64,000 bases of DNA from a virus, in IMG/VR virus record IMGVR_UViG_3300042991_000201, positions 1 to 64,000 of that record; one strand, 5' to 3'. Both the position numbers and the translations under genes were made by a program. Under the pieces are notes generated by a model, which saw nothing but the letters and a program-made list of their open reading frames with translations, made no database searches and was not told the DNA's origin. Shown piece by piece: positions 27,735 to 37,891 of this stretch (position 1 is the stretch's first letter; each line of letters starts with the position of its first letter).

Positions 27735-28898
27735 TTACTTTTCAGCCTTGTGCTGATTCTTGAGACGTTCAATCATATTGCCACGAGCAGACTTAGCAGT
27801 AAGAGCCTCATCTACTTTGACAGTACTAGTACCGGCGGCGCGAACCGTAGCATCGGCCTTGCTATCAAGGAATTCCAGAGCACCATCAAAACGACCAGTA
27901 AGATAAACCCCATCATGGCCATCGAGCTTGGCATTGGGGAAAACCTTCATAATGACAGCCTTCTGAATGTCAACATCTGCTTCATCACCCTTCAGTTCTA
28001 TCTCGGCCTTCTCAGCGGCTTTGATGAGGGCAATCTTCTTCTCTACACCGGCATTGATAGCGGCGATATCAAGATGACTAGCCTTGACTTCAGCCAGTTC
28101 CTTCTCCAGAGCATCAACACGATCCTTGAAAGTATCACGAGCGGCTTCAACCGACTGCATATCAGCCTTAGAACTCGCAATAACTTTCTCGGCAGCATCT
28201 GCTCTTGACTTCTCAGCGTTGAGAGCCTTGATTACTGCCTCTTCAGCTTCGTAATCAATACCATCAAGCACTATCTTCTTGAGAGTAGGCATGTTAGCCT
28301 CCTTAGTGTCTATATTTTTCTCATCCTCTTTAACAAGAGGAGGTTCAACCATAATTGCATCAGCAGAATCAAATCTAATCCTAGCCGCTTCACCGGCACG
28401 GGCATTGTCTACAATAGCTACATGATTATAGCGTATATTCTTCTGGCGCTTATCATAAGGGACACCAAGCCATGCACCAGCCTCATCTACAAGATCACAA
28501 GAATACCCACAAGACAATTCTCGCTTACCAGAAAGCACATTAGCTATGGCATCATTATCTTGCACAACCATATCTATAGTAAGATGAATGTTATCCCCAT
28601 TAAAGGGGTTGTCTCCAAGATTACCAACCTGATATTCCTTGACATTTGTAGCATCTACAAATACAGCAGGATGATCATTGGTAAGTGGTTTCAGACGGAG
28701 AGAGTCCATAGACACATCAGCAAATACATCGTCTGGATGCCGAAGTTCCCATTCGATAGTACCATCGGCTTTCTGATAAGGAAACACACCTATGCTAGTA
28801 ACACAAGCACGGCCCTTCAGAAATCCTTCAGGGGTAGTTGTGAAAATATCAGTCATCCAACTAGGAGCATCTATTCGATCAAGTCTATTTACACTCAT
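27735..28898 (-). CDS. prohead protease-scaffold (DUF2213)
   Basis: TPEGFL, PLTNDHP, ELSCGY, NHVAIV..ARAG plus a coiled-coil tail. Confidence 0.92.
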   Translation of the reverse strand: MSVNRLDRIDAPSWMTDIFTTTPEGFLKGRACVTSIGVFPYQKADGTIEWELRHPDDVFADVSMDSLRLKPLTNDHPAVFVDATNVKEYQVGNLGDNPFNGDNIHLTIDMVVQDNDAIANVLSGKRELSCGYSCDLVDEAGAWLGVPYDKRQKNIRYNHVAIVDNARAGEAARIRFDSADAIMVEPPLVKEDEKNIDTKEANMPTLKKIVLDGIDYEAEEAVIKALNAEKSRADAAEKVIASSKADMQSVEAARDTFKDRVDALEKELAEVKASHLDIAAINAGVEKKIALIKAAEKAEIELKGDEADVDIQKAVIMKVFPNAKLDGHDGVYLTGRFDGALEFLDSKADATVRAAGTSTVKVDEALTAKSARGNMIERLKNQHKAEK

Positions 28899-29037
28899 TA
28901 TTTCTCCTTTGGCTTTTTCTTATCTATAGGTTTCTTTTAGTTGGCTTTGTTCCACATGACATATTGAGCCTCCTATATATAGTAAAACTCTAATGTATAT
29001 ACTCTATAACATAAGAATGTAATCTTGTCAAGTGGGA

Positions 29038-29199
29038 CTAGCCTCTATGGTAATCCTCTGATTTATTGACACGTCGTTTATCTTTTACTATGATTTCGAC
29101 GTAATTACCCTTCTCGGCAAGAGTAATTTCCACACTGCCATATTCCACACTCTCTATTGCCCGTTTAAGGGCTGTCAACATCTCTGGCGTACATCGCAT
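29038..29199 (-). CDS. small DUF2292/YezD-like protein
   Basis: AIESVEYGSVEI pattern; start after AAGGAG. Confidence 0.55.
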   Translation of the reverse strand: MRCTPEMLTALKRAIESVEYGSVEITLAEKGNYVEIIVKDKRRVNKSEDYHRG

Positions 29200-29204
29200 A
29201 GGGG

Positions 29205-30179
29205 TTACTCCTTTATCTCGTCGTCTAAATCTTTGGCATATATATTCCAGACCGGCTCCGCACTGCAACGACAGGCAATTGGGCGACCCGGATGATCATG
29301 TTCCATTAACTGTGTACGGGGTTTCCATGTTTTACCACTATCTGAAGAATAGACATTGAAGTCATTCCAAGTACAAAATAGATCATCCATAATATAGTGA
29401 CTTGGGATGGCTTTGGGAAATTTGCCAAGGGGATTACCACGCACACGCTCATCTTGTGCTGTACGCCATATATAAAATTCCATACCTATATTACGGAATT
29501 GACGTTCTGCCACGTAGCTATTAAGTTTACCAACTTGATCCCGTGCTATGAGTCTAGCTCTATATCCCATAATCTTATCCGATAACTTCTGTATCTCTGT
29601 AGCGAATTCCTCTATAGTCCAACCAGACTGAAGCCCATTCGTAATTAGAGTATTGAGTTTTGTTACATACTCGGTTGAAAGACTTTTTATCAATCGATAG
29701 TTTTCGTTGGCCCATACCTTAGATACTTCAGGGAACCAATTAGAAGAAGTATCAAGAGGAATTCCTGCAAGCACTTCTATCTTCTTCTCGAATTGAACTT
29801 TATATCTATTGAATATCTTCTCGGCTACAGCAGTCAATTCGCGGAATAGAATAGAAGAAGGTATGAGTTTTGCTCCATAAACTATTGCAAGTTCTTCCTG
29901 TAATTCAGACATGAGTTGTTCTATATCATCATTAAGATCATCGTATCTGGTATCTACGCGACTCTTTGTCATCATTCTTGGGAGATATGTATTAAGCCTG
30001 TCCATTGTAAACTGCACGAAATCTACTTGATATTTTCGTATGAGACGAGCATACTCCCGCTCTGCCCCTAGAGGGTATAAAATGGGTTTATGCCCTATAT
30101 GGTATATTTTTTTTCGTTGTACTGAAGTCATAAGACTCCTATACATTTTTATAGCATTACGAAATTCAGTTGGTGCCAT
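29205..30179 (-). CDS. minor head protein (SPP1 gp7/Mu F-like)
   Basis: RARLIARDQ, W.TAQDERVR, HPG..IACRC. Confidence 0.92.
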   Translation of the reverse strand: MAPTEFRNAIKMYRSLMTSVQRKKIYHIGHKPILYPLGAEREYARLIRKYQVDFVQFTMDRLNTYLPRMMTKSRVDTRYDDLNDDIEQLMSELQEELAIVYGAKLIPSSILFRELTAVAEKIFNRYKVQFEKKIEVLAGIPLDTSSNWFPEVSKVWANENYRLIKSLSTEYVTKLNTLITNGLQSGWTIEEFATEIQKLSDKIMGYRARLIARDQVGKLNSYVAERQFRNIGMEFYIWRTAQDERVRGNPLGKFPKAIPSHYIMDDLFCTWNDFNVYSSDSGKTWKPRTQLMEHDHPGRPIACRCSAEPVWNIYAKDLDDEIKE

Positions 30180-31623
30180 TTACAGGTTCCTCCACAGACT
30201 TCTCAAGTGGGGTGGCATTTTCTGGTATTTCATCTTCGGGTGGTTCCCATCCATGTTCCCTAGACAATTCAGCACTATCACGAATTCCAGATTCAACATA
30301 TAACAATTCGGTCTCGGCAAGGAGTTTTTCTGTCTCAGCAGTTCGCTTGTCAATCTCGGATTTCTCGGTTTCAGTAAGCTGGTAGAGTGAATTGAAAGTT
30401 ATATCTAATTTAGATGTAACCCCCTTCCACTGCATAATCATATCTATAAGTTTACGAAGTGCTGGCATAAGTCTATTGCGCTGTGATGCTTCTACAAGAT
30501 CATAATAGTTACGAAGGTCATTCTCACCCGTGGCATTTAGACCAGCAGGACTTCGACCGAATAGACGAGTTACAGGGATTGAAGTAGAACCAGAGAGTTT
30601 AAGCATGAAACGATCAATTACTTCAGGAAGTCCAGCAAGGGTAGCATACTGCCGAGTATACTCCTCTTCCTTGTCCAATACAATACCATTTAATATTGAC
30701 TTGGAAACATTTATAGCATTAAGGCGTTCCACAAGAAGAGACTGCCCCGTCTTTCCGTCTTTATCTGGAACAGAAGCAAGTAGTTCCGAGAGTCCTTCAA
30801 ACTTGTATGTACCAATCATAAATTCATAGAGAAGATTTACTGTAGATTGAGTTACACCACCAAGATCACGCACATCTTCGTATATACGCTGTATAGATGA
30901 CATCCCCCAATAACGAATATCAGGCGGTAGTGTGGTGTATAACTTGTTTGGGATAGGATCATTGAAGAAAGGAATTACACGGGAGTAATGCACGTACTGT
31001 TCTATGATAGCTGTACCTACATACAATCGAATCTTATATAAAAGTATCTGGCCGAAAGTAGGTGACATTAAATTCTCATCAAATTTGCACTCTGTCACGT
31101 TAATAGCAGTACGGTCTATTGGACGAAGATACTCTATCGTCTTTATGGACTTGAGCTTCAAAGGCTTATCCATAGTCTGTCCATCCATAGCGCCTATAAG
31201 AAGTATAGAACCACCAAAAAGTCTCTGCCAACGAATAGCGGTGTTAAACTTCTCTTCTGCATCAAGACGAATCAACTCATCCATTACAATTTGTGATGGC
31301 GCATCCAAGGGGGATTCATCCAGAGGCTTCTTTTTGATCTCGTCCGATTTATCGTCTAGGTATATCCACTCCCGAGTCATATCGTCAGCTATAATGTCAA
31401 CGATACGAGAAGCAAGACCATCACCCAAATACATTTCAGCAAGTGTCGCATCGTCGAGGACGGTGGCCGTGCCATATTTAGTATACTGAGATTTGTCCTG
31501 TTTTTGGTTCAGACCAATTAAAGCGTTACTCCAACTGTCAGTACGAACGGCATTAAGACGCTCTAGGGGCTTTGGAATTTCTTGTGCTGGAGTGGATATT
31601 TTTCTCGGACGACCTCTTGGCAT
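30166..31623 (-). CDS. portal protein (DUF1073-like)
   Basis: IPVTRLFGRSPAGLNATGENDLRNYYD. Confidence 0.92.
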   Translation of the reverse strand: MPRGRPRKISTPAQEIPKPLERLNAVRTDSWSNALIGLNQKQDKSQYTKYGTATVLDDATLAEMYLGDGLASRIVDIIADDMTREWIYLDDKSDEIKKKPLDESPLDAPSQIVMDELIRLDAEEKFNTAIRWQRLFGGSILLIGAMDGQTMDKPLKLKSIKTIEYLRPIDRTAINVTECKFDENLMSPTFGQILLYKIRLYVGTAIIEQYVHYSRVIPFFNDPIPNKLYTTLPPDIRYWGMSSIQRIYEDVRDLGGVTQSTVNLLYEFMIGTYKFEGLSELLASVPDKDGKTGQSLLVERLNAINVSKSILNGIVLDKEEEYTRQYATLAGLPEVIDRFMLKLSGSTSIPVTRLFGRSPAGLNATGENDLRNYYDLVEASQRNRLMPALRKLIDMIMQWKGVTSKLDITFNSLYQLTETEKSEIDKRTAETEKLLAETELLYVESGIRDSAELSREHGWEPPEDEIPENATPLEKSVEEPVNGTN

Positions 31624-31722
31624 ATATAAATCCCCCTATATTACAAATAGAATATGTAAAAAATACTATACATAACCTATTTCGTCAAGGGGGATTAGTT
31701 TATTATAACAAGAAATACTTAT

Positions 31723-33036
31723 TTACCAGCGATACAAGTCTTTGATGTTCCTTGTCTGTATGAATTTACCTTGCCTCAGGCAGGAAGCCGCAGAATCTGG
31801 TGCGTCATCATGTACGTCTGCATCTACTGACCAATCCTTTATCTGCTCCAAATAAAATAAGTCAGTCTCCTTTGCCCAAGATATACGGGGCCATGCCTCA
31901 TATAGATATTTGGAGATTTTCAATTCCTTCTTCATCGACTCAGTGTATGGTCTAGGCCAAACTCCATTAGATACAGCTAGTGGAGTAGAGGTAATGGCTT
32001 CAAGAGAGAATCCCCTGTCACTATTATCCTCCATAAAAAGTTTCTTAGCTCTATACAGAACCATCTTTTCAACAACAAAAGGTATCCAGTCCTTTATGTG
32101 TGTTTTTGCGAGGAATCCAATAGCACAAATACGGCCATTAGCAAGGGGCTTCATTATCGTGAGAGCGCAACTATCCTTACCTCCATAAGCGGCATCTATG
32201 TGTGCTATAGGTTCAGAACGATATGCGTAATCCCATTCACCAATTTCAGGTTCTTGGAATAAGTTATCCTCTTCATTTTGGAATTCAAGATCATAGTTAA
32301 TAGCATAGATGGTTGCGGGTAGTTCTGATTTCTTACTTGCTATTTGCTCATCTGTCAATAGTCCAGTAACCGCTACGGGAAATTTCAATGCTGTAGGCAT
32401 GACCGAGAATAGTCCATCTCTAGCCCAAGGAGTGCCTACTATTCTAAAGCGTCCACCCGGATCAAGGATATTTACTTGCATTTCCTTCATAATCATTTTT
32501 GTCTTTTCACGCTCTGCGGAAGATATGCGGTCTATAAGAGCTTCACAATCGTCTCCAAGAATTTCGGTAAAGTGACTTCCCGTCATACTTGAATCAAGAC
32601 CATATGCAGTTAGAGAACCTTCTTTAGTCTTGGTTTTCTTTACGGAGAATTCAATCTTACCGGCTTTACGAGTTGTGAACGACCACTCCTCCCCCCATAC
32701 GAGGGTGAGAAGATCGTGCACATTATCAAGCATACATATATTGGATATGTTTCTAAGCATTTCACTTGCTTCTGTGAACGTTTTACGCACTATAGCAATA
32801 CGAGCATCTGGGTTCTGCATGAGATACCATATTGTACCTATCTCAGTTATCGCTGTACTTTTGTAGCTACCACGATGCCCCATAAGGGTTCTAACTTCTG
32901 TTGCCCCGTCTTTACCCCAGATATAGTGTATCCATTGAGAGTGCATTTTGGTTAGTTTGTCTTTACCAGCTAGATGTCCAAGCAGATGTGGGTATTTTGC
33001 TATCTTCTTTACATCATCCCAAGTGTAATTTGCCAT
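31723..33036 (-). CDS. terL: terminase large subunit
   Basis: RGSYKS Walker A, GDD, VGTPW, IDAAY, HDDAPDS nuclease. Confidence 0.93.
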   Translation of the reverse strand: MANYTWDDVKKIAKYPHLLGHLAGKDKLTKMHSQWIHYIWGKDGATEVRTLMGHRGSYKSTAITEIGTIWYLMQNPDARIAIVRKTFTEASEMLRNISNICMLDNVHDLLTLVWGEEWSFTTRKAGKIEFSVKKTKTKEGSLTAYGLDSSMTGSHFTEILGDDCEALIDRISSAEREKTKMIMKEMQVNILDPGGRFRIVGTPWARDGLFSVMPTALKFPVAVTGLLTDEQIASKKSELPATIYAINYDLEFQNEEDNLFQEPEIGEWDYAYRSEPIAHIDAAYGGKDSCALTIMKPLANGRICAIGFLAKTHIKDWIPFVVEKMVLYRAKKLFMEDNSDRGFSLEAITSTPLAVSNGVWPRPYTESMKKELKISKYLYEAWPRISWAKETDLFYLEQIKDWSVDADVHDDAPDSAASCLRQGKFIQTRNIKDLYRW

Positions 33037-33113
33037 GTGGCCTCCCTATATGAAATTTGCCCCATATAGTGAATATACTATATAGGGTACATCTCTGTCA
33101 AGGAGGGTATGAA

Positions 33114-33329
33114 TTATGCTTTATTTTTCCATTCATCAAAGTATGCTTTAATGGTGGCATCGGCATGGACACCGTTCTGATTGAAGTAGGTATCCTGTGC
33201 CATAGCAAGGATGAAGTGTTCTGGTACCTTCAACATCTTGCCCGTATCAAATGCTTTGAACATCAGTTGTCGTGCCACATCCCAAGCCATCTTAGTCTCT
33301 GCTTCATCAAAAGCCTTCTGTATGTCCAT
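33114..33329 (-). CDS. hypothetical protein
   Basis: AGGAG SD. Confidence 0.65.
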   Translation of the reverse strand: MDIQKAFDEAETKMAWDVARQLMFKAFDTGKMLKVPEHFILAMAQDTYFNQNGVHADATIKAYFDEWKNKA

Positions 33330-33362
33330 CTTGTGTTCTCCTATAGGTACTATAGTAATGAA

Positions 33363-33875
33363 TTACCTCTTATCAGTCAAGTAGGAAAACACGAAAGTTG
33401 TCATATTCTTTGTGGGCTGTGGCAATGTACGCTTTCCACGAGCAAAAGCCATATACGCACTAAGCCCCATATTATATGCCGCAACCATGCCCCATTGTGT
33501 CCCTGTATGTCTTTTCAGCACGGCAAGATGCTTAATCCCGACCTCCATACTGGCTTTCCAGTCATATGGATCGAATGGAACTCCACCACGATACTTATAT
33601 GTGAACTCATCGATATAAGCACTATTGAGTTGCATAAGACCTATATCAAGGGTACCATTTGGATTTACATTCAGGGCATTTGCATCCCAAGCTGATTCCC
33701 ACTCAATGAGTTTCGCTATCGTATACGGAGAAAGATCATACTCCTTGCATAGTAGCAGCAGTTCCAGTACATACTTCTTTGGTACAGGGGTTACTTGAGC
33801 GTTCACATATATACTAGGAGCCGTCGTGAATATCCACAATAGAATAATTGACTTTATGAACGAAGAACGAAACAT
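33363..33875 (-). CDS. lytic transglycosylase (SLT) with signal peptide
   Basis: ES, GLMQLN, AAYN.G motifs; likely start MFRSS after GGAG. Confidence 0.88.
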   Translation of the reverse strand: MFRSSFIKSIILLWIFTTAPSIYVNAQVTPVPKKYVLELLLLCKEYDLSPYTIAKLIEWESAWDANALNVNPNGTLDIGLMQLNSAYIDEFTYKYRGGVPFDPYDWKASMEVGIKHLAVLKRHTGTQWGMVAAYNMGLSAYMAFARGKRTLPQPTKNMTTFVFSYLTDKR

Positions 33876-34081
33876 GATGGTACTCCTGCAAATTCGCATA
33901 TAGGGGGATTATCTTTTCCCCACCATTCTCGGGCCTCTTTAAGTACTTTTGGTGTCAGCGCCCTCTTACATTCTTCTGGATGATGTGCACACTGCTCATA
34001 GTAGCGACAAAATGTAGAATCTCTGAAACACAACACTATATCATCCCTCCATTCGGTTTCTTCCACTTCTAATCCTCCCAC
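33854..34081 (-). CDS. small Cys-rich protein
   Basis: CFRDSTFC...C...CKRAL; start uncertain. Confidence 0.55.
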   Translation of the reverse strand: MGGLEVEETEWRDDIVLCFRDSTFCRYYEQCAHHPEECKRALTPKVLKEAREWWGKDNPPICEFAGVPSCFVLRS

Positions 34082-34209
34082 TGCCGTTCCAATACCCGTA
34101 TACGTTCCAACAGATCAAGAAGATCATCGTCTAAAGTAGACACTGTATTTTCAAGGTCATGCACTCTGCACTCTAGGGTGCTTATTCTATTGAAATCATC
34201 CCTCATAAT

Positions 34210-34602
34210 TCAATCCTCCTTATATAAAATCAGTTCTCCTGACTTTCCCGTGTAGTATACTACATTTATCCGGGCTTCGGCAATAGCCATAGCGCATATT
34301 TCACATGGTTTTGCCATAGCCCATGAACCATCTTTCAGAAGTCGCCCCACAATAAGGGTTTTAGCCTGTCCACGTGCTTTAAGGATGCACGAAACTTCAG
34401 CATGAAGATATTGTTTTGCGCCTCGACCAACTTTCTCAGCAAGCTCTTTCATACGTGGATGGGTTTTGACGTAGGAATTACATCCCATAGCTATTATATT
34501 GTCGTTGTCATCCAAAGCCACAGCCCCAACAAGGTAAGCACCTAGATGTTCCATAGGGAGTAAGTACGTACAGAGTTTATCAAGAGCGATGTAAGGAGTC
34601 AT
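34210..34602 (-). CDS. cytidine/dCMP deaminase-family protein
   Basis: HAE and PCEIC zinc motifs. Confidence 0.88.
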   Translation of the reverse strand: MTPYIALDKLCTYLLPMEHLGAYLVGAVALDDNDNIIAMGCNSYVKTHPRMKELAEKVGRGAKQYLHAEVSCILKARGQAKTLIVGRLLKDGSWAMAKPCEICAMAIAEARINVVYYTGKSGELILYKED

Positions 34603-34926
34603 ACGCCTGTATACCCTTTAAGAATAAATTCCAACACAGCCTCAGTAGCCTGAATAGCATCTAGGAGATTTTCCGGCACTTCATCCATAGGTATGATCCG
34701 CAGTGCATCTTTCATGGCCTCCAAATTCTGTTCAAGCAGTTCTATTACGTCTTTCATATCTCTTTCTCCTTCACTATAAGCATTTCTCCAGTTAGTGACT
34801 CTATGTACCGTATAACCTCCATAGAGAGCAAGAGAGCATCTATTTCACCACATGATAGCGTCTCTTTCTCAGCGTACCAGTTATACACACCCAAAGCCCG
34901 TTTTGTCAGGATGGGTATTTTATCCA

Positions 34927-35154
34927 TTACACAATCCCCTTTGGTGGCTCAGGAAGGGGCATCCAGTGAGTTGCATCACGTATACAAGAATATCCACTAT
35001 GATAGGGACTAAAGAAACTATTGCCTTTGTTACCTTTATAGTCTTGTTCATATACATAGTCACAACAGATTTCTCCATAGACAGGGACATATAGAATAAC
35101 CCTCTGTCTCGATTTGGGCATCCTTTCTCTACATGGTATCCACTTATCCAACAT
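34927..35154 (-). CDS. DUF551-like protein
   Basis: WIPC.ERMP...THWMPLPEPP. Confidence 0.8.
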   Translation of the reverse strand: MLDKWIPCRERMPKSRQRVILYVPVYGEICCDYVYEQDYKGNKGNSFFSPYHSGYSCIRDATHWMPLPEPPKGIV

Positions 35155-35631
35155 TTTTCACCCCCCAGATATAGCGATACACAAGAATATACTACATTTC
35201 ACGATAAAAGGCAAGCCATAATCGCCTATAAGGGTCAAAATTCCTGAAAATTTCTAGTTGCCTTCAATACCCCTATATACGTTTTTGTCCTATATAGCAT
35301 CTTGTATACCCGATCTGGCACAATAGGGATCATTTAGATGCTATTGGTATGTAAGAGGGGGTATAAACCCATATATAGAGAAAAATATATATGAGAAACT
35401 TCGATAAGAGAAATTTGGAGTACTAGCTTGGCATCATTCGGGAGATGTAGACTATCAACTAAGGGTGCCTATAGGCCACTACCCTCCCCCCTCTGTTAAA
35501 AATAATTATTCCTAACATAAAAACTTATATAACATAATAATATATATGCTACATAATATACATACTAATAGCTCCCATAAAACATTAACCTAGATAGTAC
35601 TGCTCTATGCTATGCTCTATGGTAGCAATAC

Positions 35632-35674
35632 GAGCCACTGCATAGGTATCTATGGGAGCCACTGCATAGGTATC
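35632..35674. repeat. 19-bp direct repeat, two copies
   Basis: GAGCCACTGCATAGGTATC twice, 24 bp apart. Confidence 0.8.
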
Positions 35675-35996
35675 CTATATAAACAAAAATATATGCACTA
35701 TAACCAGTATCTGGTACTTGTTGAACCTATACTAGGAATATCTGTATGGCACGATAGAACAATAGTATATGCTCATTGACAGGTATGAATACTATAAATG
35801 TATGAAAAAGTATACAGATATAGGAACCTTACTGTATGCTATATGTACTATTCTATCTAATAATATATATATAACTATGTATCTTATTGTGGTATTGTAG
35901 TACCAGAATACCTACTAGACTTACTATAATCATACCTATAAACCATGCAAGAAAACAAAAATAAGAAACAAAAAAACTACCATAATCGGAAACTAT

Positions 35997-36030
35997 AAAA
36001 AAAACTACCATAGCTCAATACTATGGTAGT
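35997..36030 (-). terminator. intrinsic terminator of the leftward early block
   Basis: ACTACCATAG-7nt-CTATGGTAGT plus a T-run on the minus strand. Confidence 0.8.
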
Positions 36031-36066
36031 AAGTAGACAATATATATATTTGGAATTACATTATTA

Positions 36067-36324
36067 CTATAATATATTCCAGACTATACCGCCACGTTTA
36101 CCACGTGTAATTTCATAATCAGGGTATATGCCTTGAATATCCAATAGATTGCCCTTCCATGCCAACAATGTGGCGTCATTGGAGTCTGAGCCTACTTTAT
36201 TATGTTCACGCTCCCAGAAATATAAAATACTATCAGCACTTTTTTTAGTACCGTACAATATATCGGTACTGCATGGTGGACTAAAACTACCGCTAGCACT
36301 AATTGTTTGGTACGAAATAACCAT
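36067..36324 (-). CDS. early-block hypothetical protein
   Basis: AGGCGG SD. Confidence 0.65.
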   Translation of the reverse strand: MVISYQTISASGSFSPPCSTDILYGTKKSADSILYFWEREHNKVGSDSNDATLLAWKGNLLDIQGIYPDYEITRGKRGGIVWNIL

Positions 36325-36336
36325 GATTTACCGCCT

Positions 36337-36669
36337 CTAATAAGTAGAAATACAACCTATATATAATCCAGTATCTTCATCAAAACTAGGATATTGCTCA
36401 TCATTCTGCATATCAAAGGCATTGCCGGCCGCGAGCCAGAGAATGTATTGGTATACAGTATCATTTTTCATTAAATTTATATCGTTAATGCCATAGGATA
36501 CTAAAACTTTACAAGCATTGTTAATAGGTATAGTCGATAGTAACTCACGATTGATTGACTGTATATATCTAGTACCACTATCGCAAGTACCACTATGGTA
36601 GCAAGTAATCATTTCATCATGAGTGAAATAAATAGAAATGTCACTACTAGCAGCGTCAAGTATTTTCAT
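36337..36669 (-). CDS. early-block hypothetical protein
   Basis: HSG.CD...LW.AAG; GGAG SD. Confidence 0.7.
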   Translation of the reverse strand: MKILDAASSDISIYFTHDEMITCYHSGTCDSGTRYIQSINRELLSTIPINNACKVLVSYGINDINLMKNDTVYQYILWLAAGNAFDMQNDEQYPSFDEDTGLYIGCISTY

Positions 36670-36673
36670 ACAA

Positions 36674-37051
36674 TTATCTCTCCTTATATTCTATGCTCAG
36701 ATTTCCGTCAAGAGTAAATATTCTCCTGTCAGTGTATAGCATACCATCAGTCCAGTACCATATATGATTTTCTTGATATATTCCAGATACACTATAATAT
36801 TTAGCTATAGCATTTATTCTATGTTTAGTAGTTATCGTTCTCCATGCGCCATCAATTACACCTAAAAATAACTCACTATCATGCACAGAGGCAAGCAATG
36901 TACCATGTAAAAAATAATCCATTGCTTTAGTGACATCATTATACTGTACCGTATCTCTGTTCCATTTAGTCCACGAATTCAATGGCTTGCCTATTGATAG
37001 TGATTTCTTATTAACCAGAGCGTCAAGAATTTGTGTTTCAATAACTCGCAT
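36674..37051 (-). CDS. early-block hypothetical protein
   Basis: LHG..LA...W.T.TTK.R.NA pattern recalled from phage early genes. Confidence 0.7.
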   Translation of the reverse strand: MRVIETQILDALVNKKSLSIGKPLNSWTKWNRDTVQYNDVTKAMDYFLHGTLLASVHDSELFLGVIDGAWRTITTKHRINAIAKYYSVSGIYQENHIWYWTDGMLYTDRRIFTLDGNLSIEYKER

Positions 37052-37054
37052 AGT

Positions 37055-37198
37055 TTACCGCCCTTCCTTAAAAACTATGCTCAGATTTCCGTCGAGAGCA
37101 TAATTAGAACAATAGAATTTTCGAGCCTTACATGCCTTGACATACGACACAAATTTTCCAAGAACTACGCCGGTAAAATCATCTATAAGAATAAACAT
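37055..37198 (-). CDS. early-block small protein
   Basis: Start MFILIDD after GGTG. Confidence 0.45.
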   Translation of the reverse strand: MFILIDDFTGVVLGKFVSYVKACKARKFYCSNYALDGNLSIVFKEGR

Positions 37199-37202
37199 AA
37201 TA

Positions 37203-37463
37203 TCACCTGTACTTTCGTGGCATATCCGCCAGCATGACGATATTCTGAAGTGTGTCAATGGAAACACTCTCACCATTATGGAAATATTGTATTGTTACAT
37301 ATACTCCATGACCTATAGACTGCTCGACCGTAGACAAAAACTCACTGGCCTTACGTACCGACATAGTATCAACACTCCACGTGGATTTCTGGCCATCATA
37401 GCCAAAATTTGCTGGATTTGTCGTCCAAAATACCTTAATTTTTGACCGCATAGATAGAGACAT
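37203..37463 (-). CDS. early-block hypothetical protein
   Basis: AGGCGG SD. Confidence 0.6.
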   Translation of the reverse strand: MSLSMRSKIKVFWTTNPANFGYDGQKSTWSVDTMSVRKASEFLSTVEQSIGHGVYVTIQYFHNGESVSIDTLQNIVMLADMPRKYR

Positions 37464-37507
37464 AGTATACCGCCTTCAAAAATGATACTGTATACGAAAG
37501 TATACAG

Positions 37508-37648
37508 TTAGTTTCCTCGCCTTACAATCAGCAATGTCTTGCCTTTATTGTATATTTTGTCTTTTTTTGGCTCCGGCTTGCTTGCCTGCATAGCACGTGC
37601 TAAAGCGGCGCAAGCATCATTCAACTGGCTCGTATAAGCATTGCTCAT
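37508..37648 (-). CDS. small basic protein with its own promoter
   Basis: TTGACA-17-TATTGT upstream; GAGG SD; not in the ORF track. Confidence 0.5.
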   Translation of the reverse strand: MSNAYTSQLNDACAALARAMQASKPEPKKDKIYNKGKTLLIVRRGN

Positions 37649-37891
37649 CTCTCATACCTCTTGATACCACAATAGTCGATTATTGCCATACTGTCAACCA
37701 CTATTTTACATTATTACTAGTTTTTTGACGATTTCTTGACGATTTCTGTTCTAAATTTTGCCAAATAGATATAAAAATCATAAAAAGAATGAATTCTGGT
37801 ATGTTTCATAGTTTTATCTCCTTGCCTGTAATTACACAATATAGCATCATAATAGTCAATATAAGCAATGGTATGCAAAAAATATATACCA

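Noticed and set aside
30166-31623. Anti-CBASS Acb1 (label sometimes attached to this family)
   Set aside because: Position and motifs indicate a portal; no 2H phosphoesterase HxT/S motifs recognised
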